Both the position numbers and the translations under genes were made by a program. Positions 47,422 through 61,400 of a DNA stretch of 64,000 nt are shown piece by piece. Position 1 is the stretch's first letter. Each line of letters opens with the position of its first letter. The notes beneath the pieces are model-generated. The model was not told the origin of the DNA. It saw nothing but the letters and a program-made list of their open reading frames with translations, and ran no database searches. Origin of the DNA: Amoebophrya sp. A120 (taxonomy: Eukaryota > Protista > Dinoflagellata); assembly GCA_905178155.1 (NCBI GenBank), contig CAJINV010000009.1, forward strand, positions 2,209,373 through 2,273,372, written 5' to 3'.

Positions 47422-50400
47422 TTAAGTAGTGCCCGCCTTCTCGACGCTTCCTTCATTCCCAGCTGCCACAGCGCCCGAGCCTCCGCCACCTGTAACGTAT
47501 GCAATGTGTTTCAACATCCGCATAACGTCATCGCCCGACTTTTCAATGGTTCCTTTGTGGTCACGGATGATGGTCGCGGTGCCGCCCGGGCCATGAATAA
47601 CGTAGTGAGACCCTTTTATTGTTGTGTGAATCGAGAGACAGCTACTTCCCCCATTTGCACTCGCTGCCGCCGATTTTTGTTCGACGTCGAGTAACCCTTT
47701 TTTCCGCATTTCGTTGACACCACGCACGACGTGCCGGAATTTCATGCGCTTGCGCCAAAACTTGTGCACCGCAATACTACCCGAAGCCGGTAATAGAAGC
47801 TGCGAAGTTTTCGATGCATCTTTAGTTTGCGCATCTCGTGGCGAACTCAAAAAGAAATCGCTGTCCTGCAGTTCATCCGCCGCCGGGACGCGCTTCTTTG
47901 GTTTGAAGTTTTTGCTCTTCGCATCGACGTTCGCAGCGGTTTTTTGAGTCTGTTCTTGCCACTCCCGTGCGATCGATTCCGCCCGTCTCTTTTGCTCCGC
48001 GAGGATTTTTGGGTTCCGCAGCCACGCGACGAGAGACGAGAACGCTTCATCGGAAGTTTGCACTACTCCGGGCTCTTCTTGCATCATCAGCCTCGCTCTT
48101 TCGTCTGAAACTGTCCCGGTCTCCTCATCCAGAGACGTTGCCAAGAGGAGGCCGGTGGCGAGGTCCGTCTGCGACAGGTCGTCCTTTTGGTCTTCGATAC
48201 ATTTCCAGAAGCACTGTTCGAGCCAGAAATCCGTCGGCGATGTCTGTGCACCTTCCGGCAGCGAGTATGATATTTCGATCTTCTCGTCCCTGAAATCTCG
48301 AAAATGGGGTGCTGCCGCATCATGAACTTGCTTCGATTTATTTGAGAACTTGTTCCTGAAAGCCTCCCGTCTCTTCTCCGTCTTCTCCGGCGAATCAGAA
48401 GAAGATGTCTCAGAGTCGAAGTCGCGATCGTCAATCTTATCCAGCTTCACGTTCGCCATAGACACACCTTGCGGCACCATGAAACTGGTGCCGTCGTCGT
48501 TCAACTTGATGTCATAAGCCACCGCTTCTTTCCCCTTTCTTCTCTTCTCGTCCGCATCTCTCAGCTCTGCTTCCTTCTCATCGAGCTTTTCTGCCCGAAG
48601 CCTTCGAGCGCGCACCGTGTCGCGCCCGTCTGATTTTTGCTCGGCAGTCGCTTTCACTTCGTCACTGATAGCCAGCTCCGCTTGGACCTGTTGCAGTATG
48701 CCACTATCTTGTTCAAACGGAACGCTGCGGCTCATGTCCGTTGCGCTTTCGACCTCCTGTAGCCCTTGCTTCGCCTGAGCGAATTTGTTCCGCCACTCGC
48801 CAATGTCGATGTTCGCTTGCATGAAATCCCCACCATTTGGAGTATTTGCTCTCATCGCTTCCATAACCATCTTCTGGCCGTCGCTACCTAAAGCCCTCAA
48901 CTGGGCTAGTGCGGCCGCATCATTTCTCACAAAAGTCCAGTTCGTCACGGTTTGCCCCTTGGCATTCACCGACGTCATTTGCCGAACATCGTAACCTGTT
49001 TGAAGCAAAAGCTTAATATTCTGCGACTTTCACGCTGATTGTGATTCTGTCACACTGTCGTGCTGGTGCTCGTCGCACAACTTCTACACTTCTTACCATC
49101 AATGAGGAATAAACACAAACAAGCACTGCAGCTCCTGCACTACTACCTTGTGGCGCCTTGCTTATCCAATAAGCTTCCGCGGTCAAGAAGCCACCTTCGG
49201 CAGCGGCAATATCGCTCTCCCGTTCGAAGGTTCCCCCGGCCTCTAGATACCGCCGAAAGTTCGCAAACGAGTCCGGGATCCGGCTGGTGCATAAGATGCG
49301 CAAGGGTTTTTTCAGCGTCATACGTATGTGCTTCTGCGTGGCCAGACGCGAAAAGTAGAAGGTATCGAAGACCGTGTGTTCCTGCCGTGCACAGTCATTC
49401 AAAAGCGGAAACATTCGATCCTTCTCCTCCCTCGAAAACGCAGGACACATCATCAACTCCTTCAGTGGCCCAAAAACCGCAATCACTTCGAAGCTCTCCT
49501 TTGTGACGCGAAAAAACTCAAGATGCTCAGTACGTCCAGGAACATTTCCTGGATCGTTCGACTTCGTGACGCCTTCGCTTTTCTTCGCCTCCCTCTTCGT
49601 TTTCTCCTTGTCTCTTGCCATTTCCTTCAAGGTCCTTTTCGTCAGTGCGACCCCCTGCTCCATGCCCATCATCACGCCTTTGTTCTTCTTTGCGATATCT
49701 TCCGTCAAAAGTTGATTCTGCGTCCCGTGCGGGTTCGTGCTTATCACCTCCTGCGTTTTGTCGTGGGCGGGAAGTTTCACGATAGTTCTGTGGGTCTCCT
49801 CCGAAGACGCGTTGCACGCTTTCGCCCCGGCCAGTTCTTTTGCGGTCAGCTTCTTTCTCTCCAATGAGCGACTCGGCTCCGCGATCACGAAGCGCGCATT
49901 GACCGCAGCCTGGTGCATCGCATCTACACGCACGATCTCCTCGTAGGCAACAAGATCCGTGGTCGGCACGTTATACGGCCACGAAGAGCAGTTGCTTCGT
50001 CCCCCAATGGTGTTGTCCTTGTCATGTTTTTGGCTGTTGTCAGGGGCTTTGTCTTGTTCTTGTCCCGTGCCGATTTCTTTCGCCTTGCGCAAAAGCCGTT
50101 GGGCCTTTCCCACCGAAATTCCGGTTTCCGCTGCGAGTTGCTTCAGGGTTAGTAACTCATTCCCACTCGTTGCCCAGACAGCGTAGAACTTGTGAAATTC
50201 CGGGTCGGCGACCTCGGTGACAGCTGGTGGTAGAGACACAGGCACGCTGGCACGCTCGACCACGGCCGGAACTTTAATATCGTTTACTCGTACATTCTCC
50301 ATCGCAGATGAATTCTCATTTTTCCGTCTCTCCGTGTCGTTCCCTCCCGAATAACTGCTCATGCTGTTCTGCTCTATCTCTTTCACATTTTCTTCTTTTT

Positions 50401-51217
50401 TGTCCGTACTGAAAGACGATGGCAACAATGCTTGAGGATCCGGACGGAGGACTTTCTTGCATTCCGGGGTTAGCTCCACATCGTCAAATGCTACGTATTG
50501 GACCGCGTCGACCGCAGAAGCGTTCGTGGTCTTGGTTGATGCGGTTGAGGAGAAATCGACGACGCATCGCCTCCCCCGATCTTCCATCACTCGATTTTGC
50601 ATGGAGCGACCTTGGTCGTGACTTCGCTTCACCTGCTCCTGGTCCCAAGGCTCTACGGCGGCGCCAAGGAGGGTCCCTACCTGCCCTTTCTTCCAATTCG
50701 CATCCAAATCTCGGAGCAGCCGAACTTGCACCGGACCCGCGGCGCGTTGCTTGTTGTCGTGCGCACAAGCTGCATTCTGCTCCGCACTCGGGAGTTCTTG
50801 CGTGCGGACTGCCACTCGATCCAGGCAGGTCCAGGCGCGCAAGCCGTTCTGAAAGTACGAGGGAAACGTCGCAATGTCCTCGCGAGCCCTTTGTAGCACA
50901 CAAACCATTTGTACCTCGGGCAGCCCCACTTCCCAGGCCATGTCTTCGAGCTCTACGCCGGGATTCTCGCACACACACTGCAGCGTGATCAAAAAATGAG
51001 ACAAATCGTGAATGGACTCCGCGTACGGATCTCGCAAGTGCCGCCCAACAAACGCGATTTTCTCTTCAACAACCTTTTTCGCCTGCAACTCGTCTTTTGA
51101 GCCATGATCCAGTGCGTGGCCTGGTCTGCCCGCGCCGTTCATCTGCGACACACCACCGATATTACCCGACGCCAGCGCGGCGCTTTGCAGCATCCGCCCC
51201 ACCTCGGCTTCCGACAT
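47422..51217 (-). CDS. Hypothetical protein, ~1,200 aa, 2 exons (51217-49147, 48995-47422)
   Basis: ORFs of 748 and 528 aa are joined by a phase-1 GT-AG intron 48996-49146 (CAAG|gtagta...aaacag|GTTAC, giving KAPQGYDVRQM). Start is uncertain. No family recognised. Confidence 0.7.
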
Positions 51218-52452
51218 GGCGTTTTTGCTTTTTCGAGATTTTTTCAAACTACTTTTCACGCTGTTACTTTTCTTTCTATCTAAACCGATTCACTTACGAT
51301 GTGTAAATCTACCTGTGAAGCAGAATCTTGGTTTCGAATCTTTATCTTACACTTCTCTTCTATATTAATATGAGCAAAGCGCTTGGACTTGCAGAAACGT
51401 AAGGTGAAGTTAGGTTACTTTGATCATCTTGAACTTGAAGGTGTAGTCACGTTTATATTTTTCGGTCCTTTCGAGGCTTGCTCGAAATAGCTTGAAACAG
51501 ACGCACTCTGCTAAGAACGTACTTACTTCTCCTCCCATGATTCCACAATATCCGTGTTGATCATGCATCTAAATCAGCGAGGAAGTCCTTCGAAAGGACA
51601 CGGAGCGACACCTCGAAACAATTATGGGACCCACGGGCAGATTGAACAACCACCGGTGCGAGCAAATGAACCGTAATACAGCCAAGATAAGGGTCACAAA
51701 AAAGATCGAGGGAGTGTATCACCGCCGAGTCATACTGGATGCGTTTGCGCGCTTTTCGGCATCAAAAAAGTAGATGAAGATGCCAGTCATCGCAGATGAC
51801 AACTACGACAACTACCGACCAGTACCAACGCCTGAATTCATGCAAGTCCAGCTCTCCACAACAAACACAGACATCGAATGTTGGATTTTTGTTGCACCTC
51901 TACTTCCTTCTCTTTTTATATTTCTGGTGGAAAAATTGAGGTGTGCAGCATCAGCTTTTGTTTTCCTCCGAACCATCACTCATATCCGTGCCCAGTGAGC
52001 GACAAACTTTATTTTGTGTTATCTGTGCAGCTCCAAGTGTCCCACTCAGTCCCAGTCCGCCTCGAATCTTACACTTGCTTCAGATTTAGCATGAGCCTCG
52101 AATCTTTTCTAAAGTTCACTAGGAAGAGGAAAACGTAGAAAACTACTTAGATCATACAGAGGACAAAGAGACAATAAATTTACTTGTTTTGGTGACCACT
52201 CAAAAACTGTTGTTCGTTGTTGATATTGAGATTGATGCAAGAGCAACACCACCAAGATTGATTACTCACCAGCATTGGCATTGATTCATTGATTCAGTAT
52301 AAGCTTTGCCCGTAACACCTGCACCATATTGTGCGGCCCTGGGTCATTGAGTTGCATTTCGTCTAAGACTAAGTAACAAGTACTTATTTCACATTTTTGA
52401 GTGCAAGTTGTAAACTAACACCAGCTTGATTTCGTTTCTGACCGGCAGAAAA

Positions 52453-55400
52453 TCAGGTCGGTACTACCAACATTCCATCGGCAGTGAGGGAGCGCGTGCG
52501 GTAAACCTGTGCCCGCAGCTGTGCTGGTCCTTTTGCATTCGCGTTTGTTGGTGATAGAGCCTGCTTAGTCTTTAGACTTGCATCTTCACAAACTCCCGCT
52601 TCTTTCTGTTCGACGGTACTCATGGACCGAAGTTTGTGAATCGTGCGAACGTTGGAGCCGGACATCAATGCATTAGGGGGCGCCTTCTTTTGTTCCTCGC
52701 CGCCTTGTAGACCTGCTGCAGCTTGTTCCCCGCTCCGCCTCGTCCTGTCTCCCACGGTGACGTCTGGACGCGATTTAGAGTCTCCGCCTTCACCGCCGCC
52801 CATATTCAAAAGTAGCATCTCTAAATCTCGCAGCCCCTCGTGCAACAGATCACGGGGACTCTTGGAACCGCTCCGACCACCGCGTGGCGCTAGGGGCGCC
52901 TGCAGAAATAAGCTGTCCGAAGGATCCTCGCAGCTATCTTCGACTGCCACCTCTTCGCCAGCGCGGATCAACTCGCTCAGCGACGAACTTGGCCTTGTGC
53001 TGGAGTTGCTGACAAAGTAGTTGTGCGCATCTTCAGAACCTTTCTGCAATGGCACCAGGGTGGGCGCAGAAGATTTTTTCGTCCCAACATCCGTTTGGCT
53101 TTGAGGCTGCTGCTGCACTATTTTGGACAGAACCGACGCCGACCAACTGCGTTCTGTTTCGTGTCTCCGCGCCTTTTTCTCTCTTGCGTTGAGTTCCGCG
53201 TGAACGGCGGAGGCCGTCAGAGTTCCGGACTTGTTAGGAGCAGGCGACACAATAACTGCAGCTGTAGATTTGCCGTCCTTTGTTTTCTCCGGGTCATGTG
53301 TAGTGTGGCAAAGAGCAAAAGCTCCGGCTTGACTCGCAGCTACTGGTGTCGCTGTCGTTGCCCCAAGTGGTAGCTGTGGTGCTCCTGCAGTTGTATTAGC
53401 CGACGAACTGGAACTGTGTGTAGTTCTGCTTTTTTTCTTCTTCTTCTCCGGAGGGCGTGGCGGAGCTGCGGGTGGTTTTTCTTTCTCCTGATGAACGGCG
53501 TGGTGTGTTAGTGTTGGAGTTGGACGAAGAACAAGTCCGGATTTATTGGATGCCAGTGAGTTATTTTTCGGAGTCGACGAGGAGATCGCAGCTGTTGTTC
53601 CGCCACCACTCATCAAGTTGCTGGGCGGTTGCGCGCTCCGAGGACGCGCGCGCTCTTCTAGGTCCAGAAGCTGCGCCTTTGTCTTCGAGAGACTCTTGAT
53701 GTTCTTCGCTGCTTTATCCCCATGGGCAGAAACGGTCATCGAGCGGGCTGGCGGCTCTTCGGAAACTACCCTGGCTGCAGGAGCCGTTGCGGCTGCAAGG
53801 GACTGCGTAGTAGAACTAGAACTTCCACCACCCCCAGACGATGAGAACCCTCCAAGCACCAACAAATCTGGCGTGGAGGCCTTCTTCAGCTTAGTCGAGG
53901 ACGAGGACGATTTGCTTTTCTTCCCCGGCGGCAAAATAGTTGCTGACGCCGCTGTCGTACCACCACTCGAGGACACCTCTGCGGGGTCAAGTGCTCTAGC
54001 TTCTTGCTTGTTTGCCGATAGCAGTCGAAAAGCGCGCGAGGTGCTTGCAGTGCTGCTCGAACTACTTTCCATCGGACTTGCACCGCTCGCGGCATGCGGC
54101 ACCACCCCGGCAGACGGCGGCGAGGAGGAGGAGCTAGCGCTCGGTGGTGTGGCATTACCACCTGCTGACGGGCGAATCTTGGTTGTCGGAAGTGTGCCAG
54201 AAGTCGAAGGGCTACTCGAACTCGAAGAAGATCCGCCGGAGATGGCCATTGGGAGTTGTGAGCCGCTATGTGGGCGTAGCAGTTGAGTCTTCGAATGCGA
54301 CGCGCTTGTTCGGTTTGGCGCATTGGTTGTTTTACCTAGTACCGCGGTGTGTTCACTTGCAATAGCTGTCGTTGCTCCACCAACTTTGGTTGTTGTAGTA
54401 GTATTTCGACCTACGCTTGCCCCTTGTTGTGTGGTGGTACCGTTGTGAAAGCTAACAAGGTCAACCAACTGCATGTGGGTCCGCGACGAGACGGCACTCG
54501 CAGCATTGGCGGCAGCTGCAAAGGAGTACACAGGCGATGACGATGAAGAAGCCTTTGCCTGCGTCAGTGGAGCCGCCGATGAAGTTGTACTTGTCACCGT
54601 CAATTGGTCAGCCTTCGTTGTATCGGCGCCCGATAAGTGTGCTGCTTGTACTTCTCCGCTTGTAAGTGATTCTGATTCTTTGTTGACAGTTGGCTCCTTC
54701 TGTGCAGCACCTTGCTGTTTGCTTTTCCTGCGAATTATAGACAACGACAGAGCATTTCTGTCCTCCGGCGTAGCACGACCAATCCTATGACCTTGTTCTC
54801 GTCTATCGCTACTGCTCGATATCACCTCCTCTTCGTATTTTTTTTCTACACTAGCCGCGTTGTCCTCATTTCCAGCACCAGCGAAAGTCCGTGATGCTAG
54901 TGCTGTTGAGGTTGCCGCAACGACCATATCATTTTCCCGAGCCGCCTCATCTGCCTTAAAAACCACACTAGCAGAGTTGGAGGAGTTCTCGTCGTCGATA
55001 CAAAATTGTGGTGGCACGTCATGATCTTCGGGCGATTGACTCGGGGAAGATGCCAAGGAGACTGCAGCGAAGCACGGAACCTCGTTCGACCCGCCTTCAG
55101 CTCCTCCGCGCGAAACAGAGATCGAAGTAGAGGAGTCATCCGGAGTCGGACGGCAATCCATCGAGAAGCTGGCGCCTTTTAATTCCTCGACTTCCTGTTT
55201 TTTCTTCAGCTCCACTCGCCTCTTCTTGCGAGCGGTCACACCCCGCCAAATGCTCTGAATCTGCAACGCGGTTGTGTTTTTCTTCTTCGCTGTCGCTTCT
55301 TCCAGCTGTTTCTTTTCTCGCTCGCGCCTCTGTTCTCGCAGCCACTTAAGATGTGCGAAAAGTTTCCGCGCCTTCCGGCCACGATAAAGTGCAGCTTGAA

Positions 55401-58400
55401 TTCTCGTTGCCGCAGAACGCCGCTCCTCCTGCATTTCTCGCCGAAATTCGCGCCCATACTTCCTTCTCCGATAATATCGGAAGCTTCTCTGCAGCTTCAC
55501 CGCAGCACTGTTTTCGAGTTTTCTTTTTTCCGCCCGTCTTCGCCGCTCGTCCTCTTCTCTCTTCTTCTGCAGCCTGCGACGAAATTCCTTCCGTGCCTGG
55601 TTCCCACGCTGGATCGCCGCAAGTTTTATTTGCGCTTCGCGTACCGGCGCAAAGTAACCAGCTTGCCACGCTTCGCAGAAAAAGAACCGCATCGTTTTCC
55701 AATTTTCCTTTCGCCTCTTTCTTCGCCAAAATCTCTGGATCTTCCGTGCGCAAATCGCTTGGTAAACGAGCAGGGTCTGCTTCCGTAATCGTCTCAGGTA
55801 GGGCAAAAATGTGAATCCGAATAGCAACGCACGATATCGAGGCAGAAACTTTTTCTCAAACTCTTTTCGCGCCTTGTAACCGACGAACATCTTCCGAATC
55901 TGGTTTGCCGCGTTGACCCTTTTCCGAAACTGCTTTCGCCAGAATCGTTGGATTCTTCGTTTCCTGCTGATTCTCCTCCTCCGTCGTCGTTTCCGAAAGA
56001 ACTTCTGAATCCGTTTTGCGTACTCATGAAGTCTCCAGGTCGCGAACCAAATCCGAGTTTTTCTTCCGCGCCAGAGTTTCTGTGCGACGAGCGCGAGCCG
56101 CAACCGCTTCTGGTTCCGCAGGTAAACGCAGTAGGCGAATGATTTCAACTTTGGAATCAGAATTGTGTGCAGAAGCGACGTTTGCTTCTCTCTTCGGAAT
56201 TTCTTTCTTCCCGCGAAGCCACGAAAATTCCTCTGGATCACCTTCACAGCCTTCAGTCTTTTGTAGTACCGGAGCTGCTGTCGCGCGAACATGCCCCTGG
56301 TCACCCTCTGCAGTAGCAGCGCTGCACGCAACCGCAGCCAGCAGTATTCGAGCTTCCATTCTCGGTTCCATTTCACTTTCTGGCCCAGAATAGTCAACTT
56401 CGTCACGTCGCCGGCTTTCGAGCCAGAAGCTCCCTGTTGTTGGGAAACATGATCCTTGTTATCCTGGAGCAAAGCCGTGCTGTTCGAAAGGGACATGGAG
56501 GAAAAACTTCTGCCTCGGGGCGTCGTCAGATACTTTCTGTCGTCGCTGCTCCAAGTATTGTCACTTCTGCAGATGCACCACCACTCGCCCTTCGAATAGC
56601 CAGAAGTGCCAGACGCTTGATCTTCTCTGCTCTCCTTCACGTCTGCTCGTGCTTTTGCGGCCCGCGCCCGTTCTCGAAACTGGCGCGGGGATGTCATGAC
56701 GTCGGCAATGCAACTTTCGGCGTTGTTCCCAATCTTCTTCCCGCTCCCGAGCACCACGTCGAACAGGGAGTGACTCATGTCGGACACCATGCTCACCAGA
56801 AACGGGGTGCGCACGTCGCAGGCGGGCGACAAGTTCACTTCTAGGAGCCAGGGCTTCAATTTGTCGTCGATCATGATGTCGAAGCCAAACACTTCGAAAC
56901 ACGACTTCCGCTGCTTCACCACGGTTTTCACACTTTCGCAGGTTTTGACGATAATGGTGCGCAACTCCGGCAAAATGGCCTCTTCCCAGTAGTCCGGGTT
57001 CCCCGTGATCTCGTGGAGCTCGTTTTTGAAGGTCTCCAGGGACGCGACCGCGCCCTCCTGCGCGTGCTTTCCCTTGGCGTGCTTGTTGACCTCCCAGTTA
57101 CTAATGTGCTTCTGTCGGTTTTCCAAATCTCCCAAATCGTAGGGCTCGTTGCACAGCCGCAAGTAGCACTGCGAGAACATCCAGATCTCCAGTGGGTCGA
57201 AGGATTTCACCAGGACCCACTGCCGCACGTCGAACTTGCGTCCATTGAACAGGGTGAGGGGCTTCTCGATGTACTTCATCACCAGCCTCGACGGGTTCGT
57301 TTGGTACAGAATCTCTTTCAGATTCTTCAGCACGACGATGCCACTTCCTCTGGCATTGTTCCCCGGTTTCACAATCCAGCAGTTCTGCTTCGCATTGCAC
57401 AAGGACAGCTGCGGCTTTGTCAGAGGGTGGCTTTCCAGGAAAGCGGTGAATTTCTGGAATTCGGCGTTCAGGAGGAAGAACGGATTTGATGTTGTACTGG
57501 CCGATGAACAAGAGCTGTTGTCAGCCTCAGCGCTAGAATGCTTGTGCTCCGCTTCTTGAAGGTGCTTCGTCCCATAGTCCGTGAAATTCACCCAGGTATG
57601 GCTTGAAAATTCCGCCCACTGCTCGATGCTCTGCAAAGATTTGGGTACAGCACGCCGCCAGTCTTCTGCTTGCTTCGCGTCTGCGCCGGTGACGCTGTTG
57701 CTGGAAGTTCTGGTAGCCAACGGGTTGCTGGAATTCATGCCACTGTGGCTCGCAGTAGAAGTGCCTGAATTCGACGACGACGCGTTGTGGTTTCCGGGGG
57801 GTCCGCCCGATGACGAACTTCCACCGCCGCACCCGGCCGTTTCCAGCTGCTCCGGTCCGTCATTTTTGGCAGCAACGGAAGAGTTTCGCACCGACTCGGA
57901 GTACACCTGCTTGTTCTGCGCGTTCGCGTACAAATTCAGCAAGCCGCCGCGCTTCTTCAAGAAATGGCTGGTCTCGTGTTCGCTGAAGTCGCGACAAAGC
58001 TGAGCTTCACTAAGTTCGGAGTACAAGGCTAGTGCGTCGAAATCCGCCTCATCGACAGTCGTCGCGGAACGGAGCTGCACCTGTAGTTTCATCGAGGAGG
58101 GCGCAGTATTGTTCCAAGCCTTGCCTTTCTCAGGTGAAGCGCTTCTGCTTGCGCTCCGTGCTGGCCTGTTTGCGCTGATTGATTTTGAAGGCGAACGTCG
58201 CGAGCACCTCGTAGAAGCATCTTCACCCGTGTGGACCTCGAGTAGATTTCCGCTGGCTACATCCTCCTCCTCCTCCGAAACCCAGCCACTGTTTCTCCTT
58301 TGTGCGGCAGCACCTGCTGAGAAGCTACCCGTGTAACAAGAAGATCCAACATCACAATCAAGCAGCTTCTCCGCGTTAATTTCTTGCACCCACAGATCGA

Positions 58401-61400
58401 GAACCCTCTGCGCCACACGTAAGACCGTCAGGTTCGGGCGATACTTGCTAACCGGGTAGGAGGAGGTTGTCGAAACCAGGTTCAGGTGCTTTTTCGCAAC
58501 GCACCATGCGGCGTTTCGACAGTACTCCACAATGAAGTCCTCCCGGCTTTCCGGTAGCGCGATGTCGTAGCATCGTGGAAAAAAACTGTCGACGATGGAG
58601 CAGGTCACTTGTTGCTTGAAAACGTCGCGGCCGCTTCTTTCTCGAACAAGGCTCGAACAGGCGGTGCTCGAGCTACGAGTAGTACTACAAATCGTCTGCT
58701 TGTTCAAGAACGAATCAACTGGTGCAGGCACAACAGCAACATCTACGTCGACCAAAACTCCCGATGCCGCGGTGTCACTGGACAGGTTTTTCAAGTTTCT
58801 CGCGAGACCGAATTTCGTGGTCAGCTCACGGTTGTGCTGAAAATGGTTGTACAGGTCGTTCTCCTCGTCCAGATTCTTGTAGTCTTCCTCACTGTCCGTA
58901 GCGCACCACTTCAAATTCCACAGGCCGGACTCGACGTACTTGTTTTCCACCCAATTACCCCTATCAAGAAGCGCCTTCCGAATGAATTCGTCGCTGCTGT
59001 CGAGGACAAAGACGCGCTTCTCCAAGCCACATTCCTGCTTTTGCAAAAACAACACCATCCGCTCGCCCTTGGACACGTGCTTATTCATCAGCGACAACTC
59101 TAATACTTCGAAACTCTGCTTCGCCTTCGCGCGGTAGCTGGCGCTCTGTGGGCGGCCGGCCGAAGTCGGGCGCGGGAGCCGGGAGCTCGACGAGAGAGCC
59201 GCTGCAGCTGCCATTCCGGGTGCTGTGCGGGAACTGCTCGGGCGCATCGCAGCGCAGCTGGAGCTTCTAGTTAGTGCGCCGGGCTTGGAGACTGCGGCCG
59301 ATATCACAACTCCATCGTCAGCGACGAAGACGGTATTTGATGTGTCGATGGCGTTGATGGCTGAAGCAGGTCGGTCCTCCGTGCTCCGACAACCACTGCT
59401 GGTGTTGGGTCTAGGCCGTGCGAGCGCGTTTTGGGACGCCGTTTTGCTCTGGTGACCCGTGTATTCCACACGGTCTTGCAGGTCCACCGCCGTGAAAACT
59501 TGGCGATTCGCAACGATATTCACGTTGCGCGGAACTGCCGTGGTAGTTGTAGACGACACACCTGCAGCGTTGTTACCGCTGCTAGAACCTACTTTATTGG
59601 TCGCAAGCGTGTCGTGGTCTTCTTGCTGCTCCTTTTCCGTGGCGGTTTTTCGTCGCTGGGAAGCTTGCGTTCCCTGCAATAGCCGCGACGAAGCAGGTAG
59701 CATACTTTTCATGAACTCCTCCTGCGTTTCGCGGTCTTTGTAGTGTGGCACGTGCAAGGCGGCGGACATTGCAGCCGTGTTTTGCGCTTGCTGGTCCAGC
59801 ATCTGCTGCCGCAGCGCCGCCGCGGACATTCGCCCACTGCTTCTGGTGGAAGACGCGGACTGGGAGCGGGCGGTCGAAGAAGCTGCTGAACCTCGCCGCG
59901 AACCTGCAGTCGACGACGGTCGCGTGACATTTGCGGCTCGCTTGGACGGACTAGCCGAGCCGCTGCGCTGCCGGCAGGCTGCAGGGTCCCCCGCGTCGCG
60001 CTCCCTTTGCCCGGCGGTTGGAGCAGTAGATGAACCCAGATTGATTTCTTCGGCAGCCTTCAAGCTTTCTTCCTCGGAGACACGTTTTGTTGGCGACGGC
60101 GTACTCCTGACTGGCAGCGCGGACGCAGACCGATGGAGTTGCGGTGGTTTCGGCCGCTGCTGGGGCCGCACGAGGTTCTTCTGATATACTGCGAGCCCAT
60201 CGTCGATCACGATGCTCTGCACTTTGCTTTCGGACGTGGGTGTTCGAGGCGGATAGGCCGAGCGCGGTCGCAAGTCCTGAGCTGGCAGGGATGTTAGGAC
60301 GTCAGATCTCGTCTTGTTCTTGTCCACCGGTGTCATTGCCGACTTTGGCCTGGTCGACGTTGTACCGGCTTCCAAACTCGTCTCGCGCGCCAAGACGTGC
60401 TCCGAACGAACCACCAAATTTCGATCTTCGCGATCACCAGCTTCAGCTTGCTTATAGACGGTGGCGCGACCCGCGGCGCCCGATGACGTAGCTGGTCGCT
60501 TAGACGACGCTCCTCCTGCGCCAGCGCCTCCTCGTGTTGCCCCAGCGGAACGGATTTTTCTCGGCGATAACTTCGCCTGATTTATTCCGGCGTGATCCGT
60601 AGGTGCAACTCCCGCATCGGTAGTTTTCGGCGTCGACCTGTGCGGCACGGGGACGTCTGCATTCATCATTTGGGCCGCACGGTACATGTTTTTCGACTGC
60701 TGTAGTGCCTCGGCAAACCGTTGTTCGAACTGCTTTTTCAGGGCGCTGTACTCCTTTGGCTTGCTGCCAGCGTAATTATCCTTGAACACAGCATCCGCTG
60801 TGATCCGCGGGTACCCAGGAATCACACGAAACTTCGTTGTTTTATTTGCAGCAGCAGCCACAGCTTCTCGCTGATGTTGTTCGACGGCGTCTCCTCGGTC
60901 TCGCCCCTCGGCCTCGCCGTCGCATCTGTCATCCTTTCGTGCAGCACTACTCTTTGCACTTGGCTTGGGTACGTCCTCCCGTGAAGTAGATGCTCCAGCG
61001 GCTCTTTCCCGTTCTAGGTCTCGGTCATCCCATGTGATCGCCCTTTTTCGGTGTGGTGAGGATCCAGATGGGTACGACGCTGCGTCCTTCCGCACCAGTA
61101 TCCCGCGTGTAGTAACCTGGTGCCCTGCTGCAGTCTGCGGACGCTGTTGCTGCACGATGTTGTTGAAATCTCCTGGTTGCAAACTAGCACTTGGAGGAGG
61201 ACCAGCCGCCGGTCCCAGCAATCGCGCACCGCCAACATTTCCCTGCCTTGGCGTGGGTCCGCTGGGTCGCGTGGAAAACGAGCCCGCAGCACTGCCGCGG
61301 ACGGTCTTGCTCCGCACGGCGAGCGGGGGCTGCAGTTTCGCGAGGAGGACTTCCTCGTCGTCCGACGAAGAGCTGCCATCGTCATCTTTGATGAATTCGT

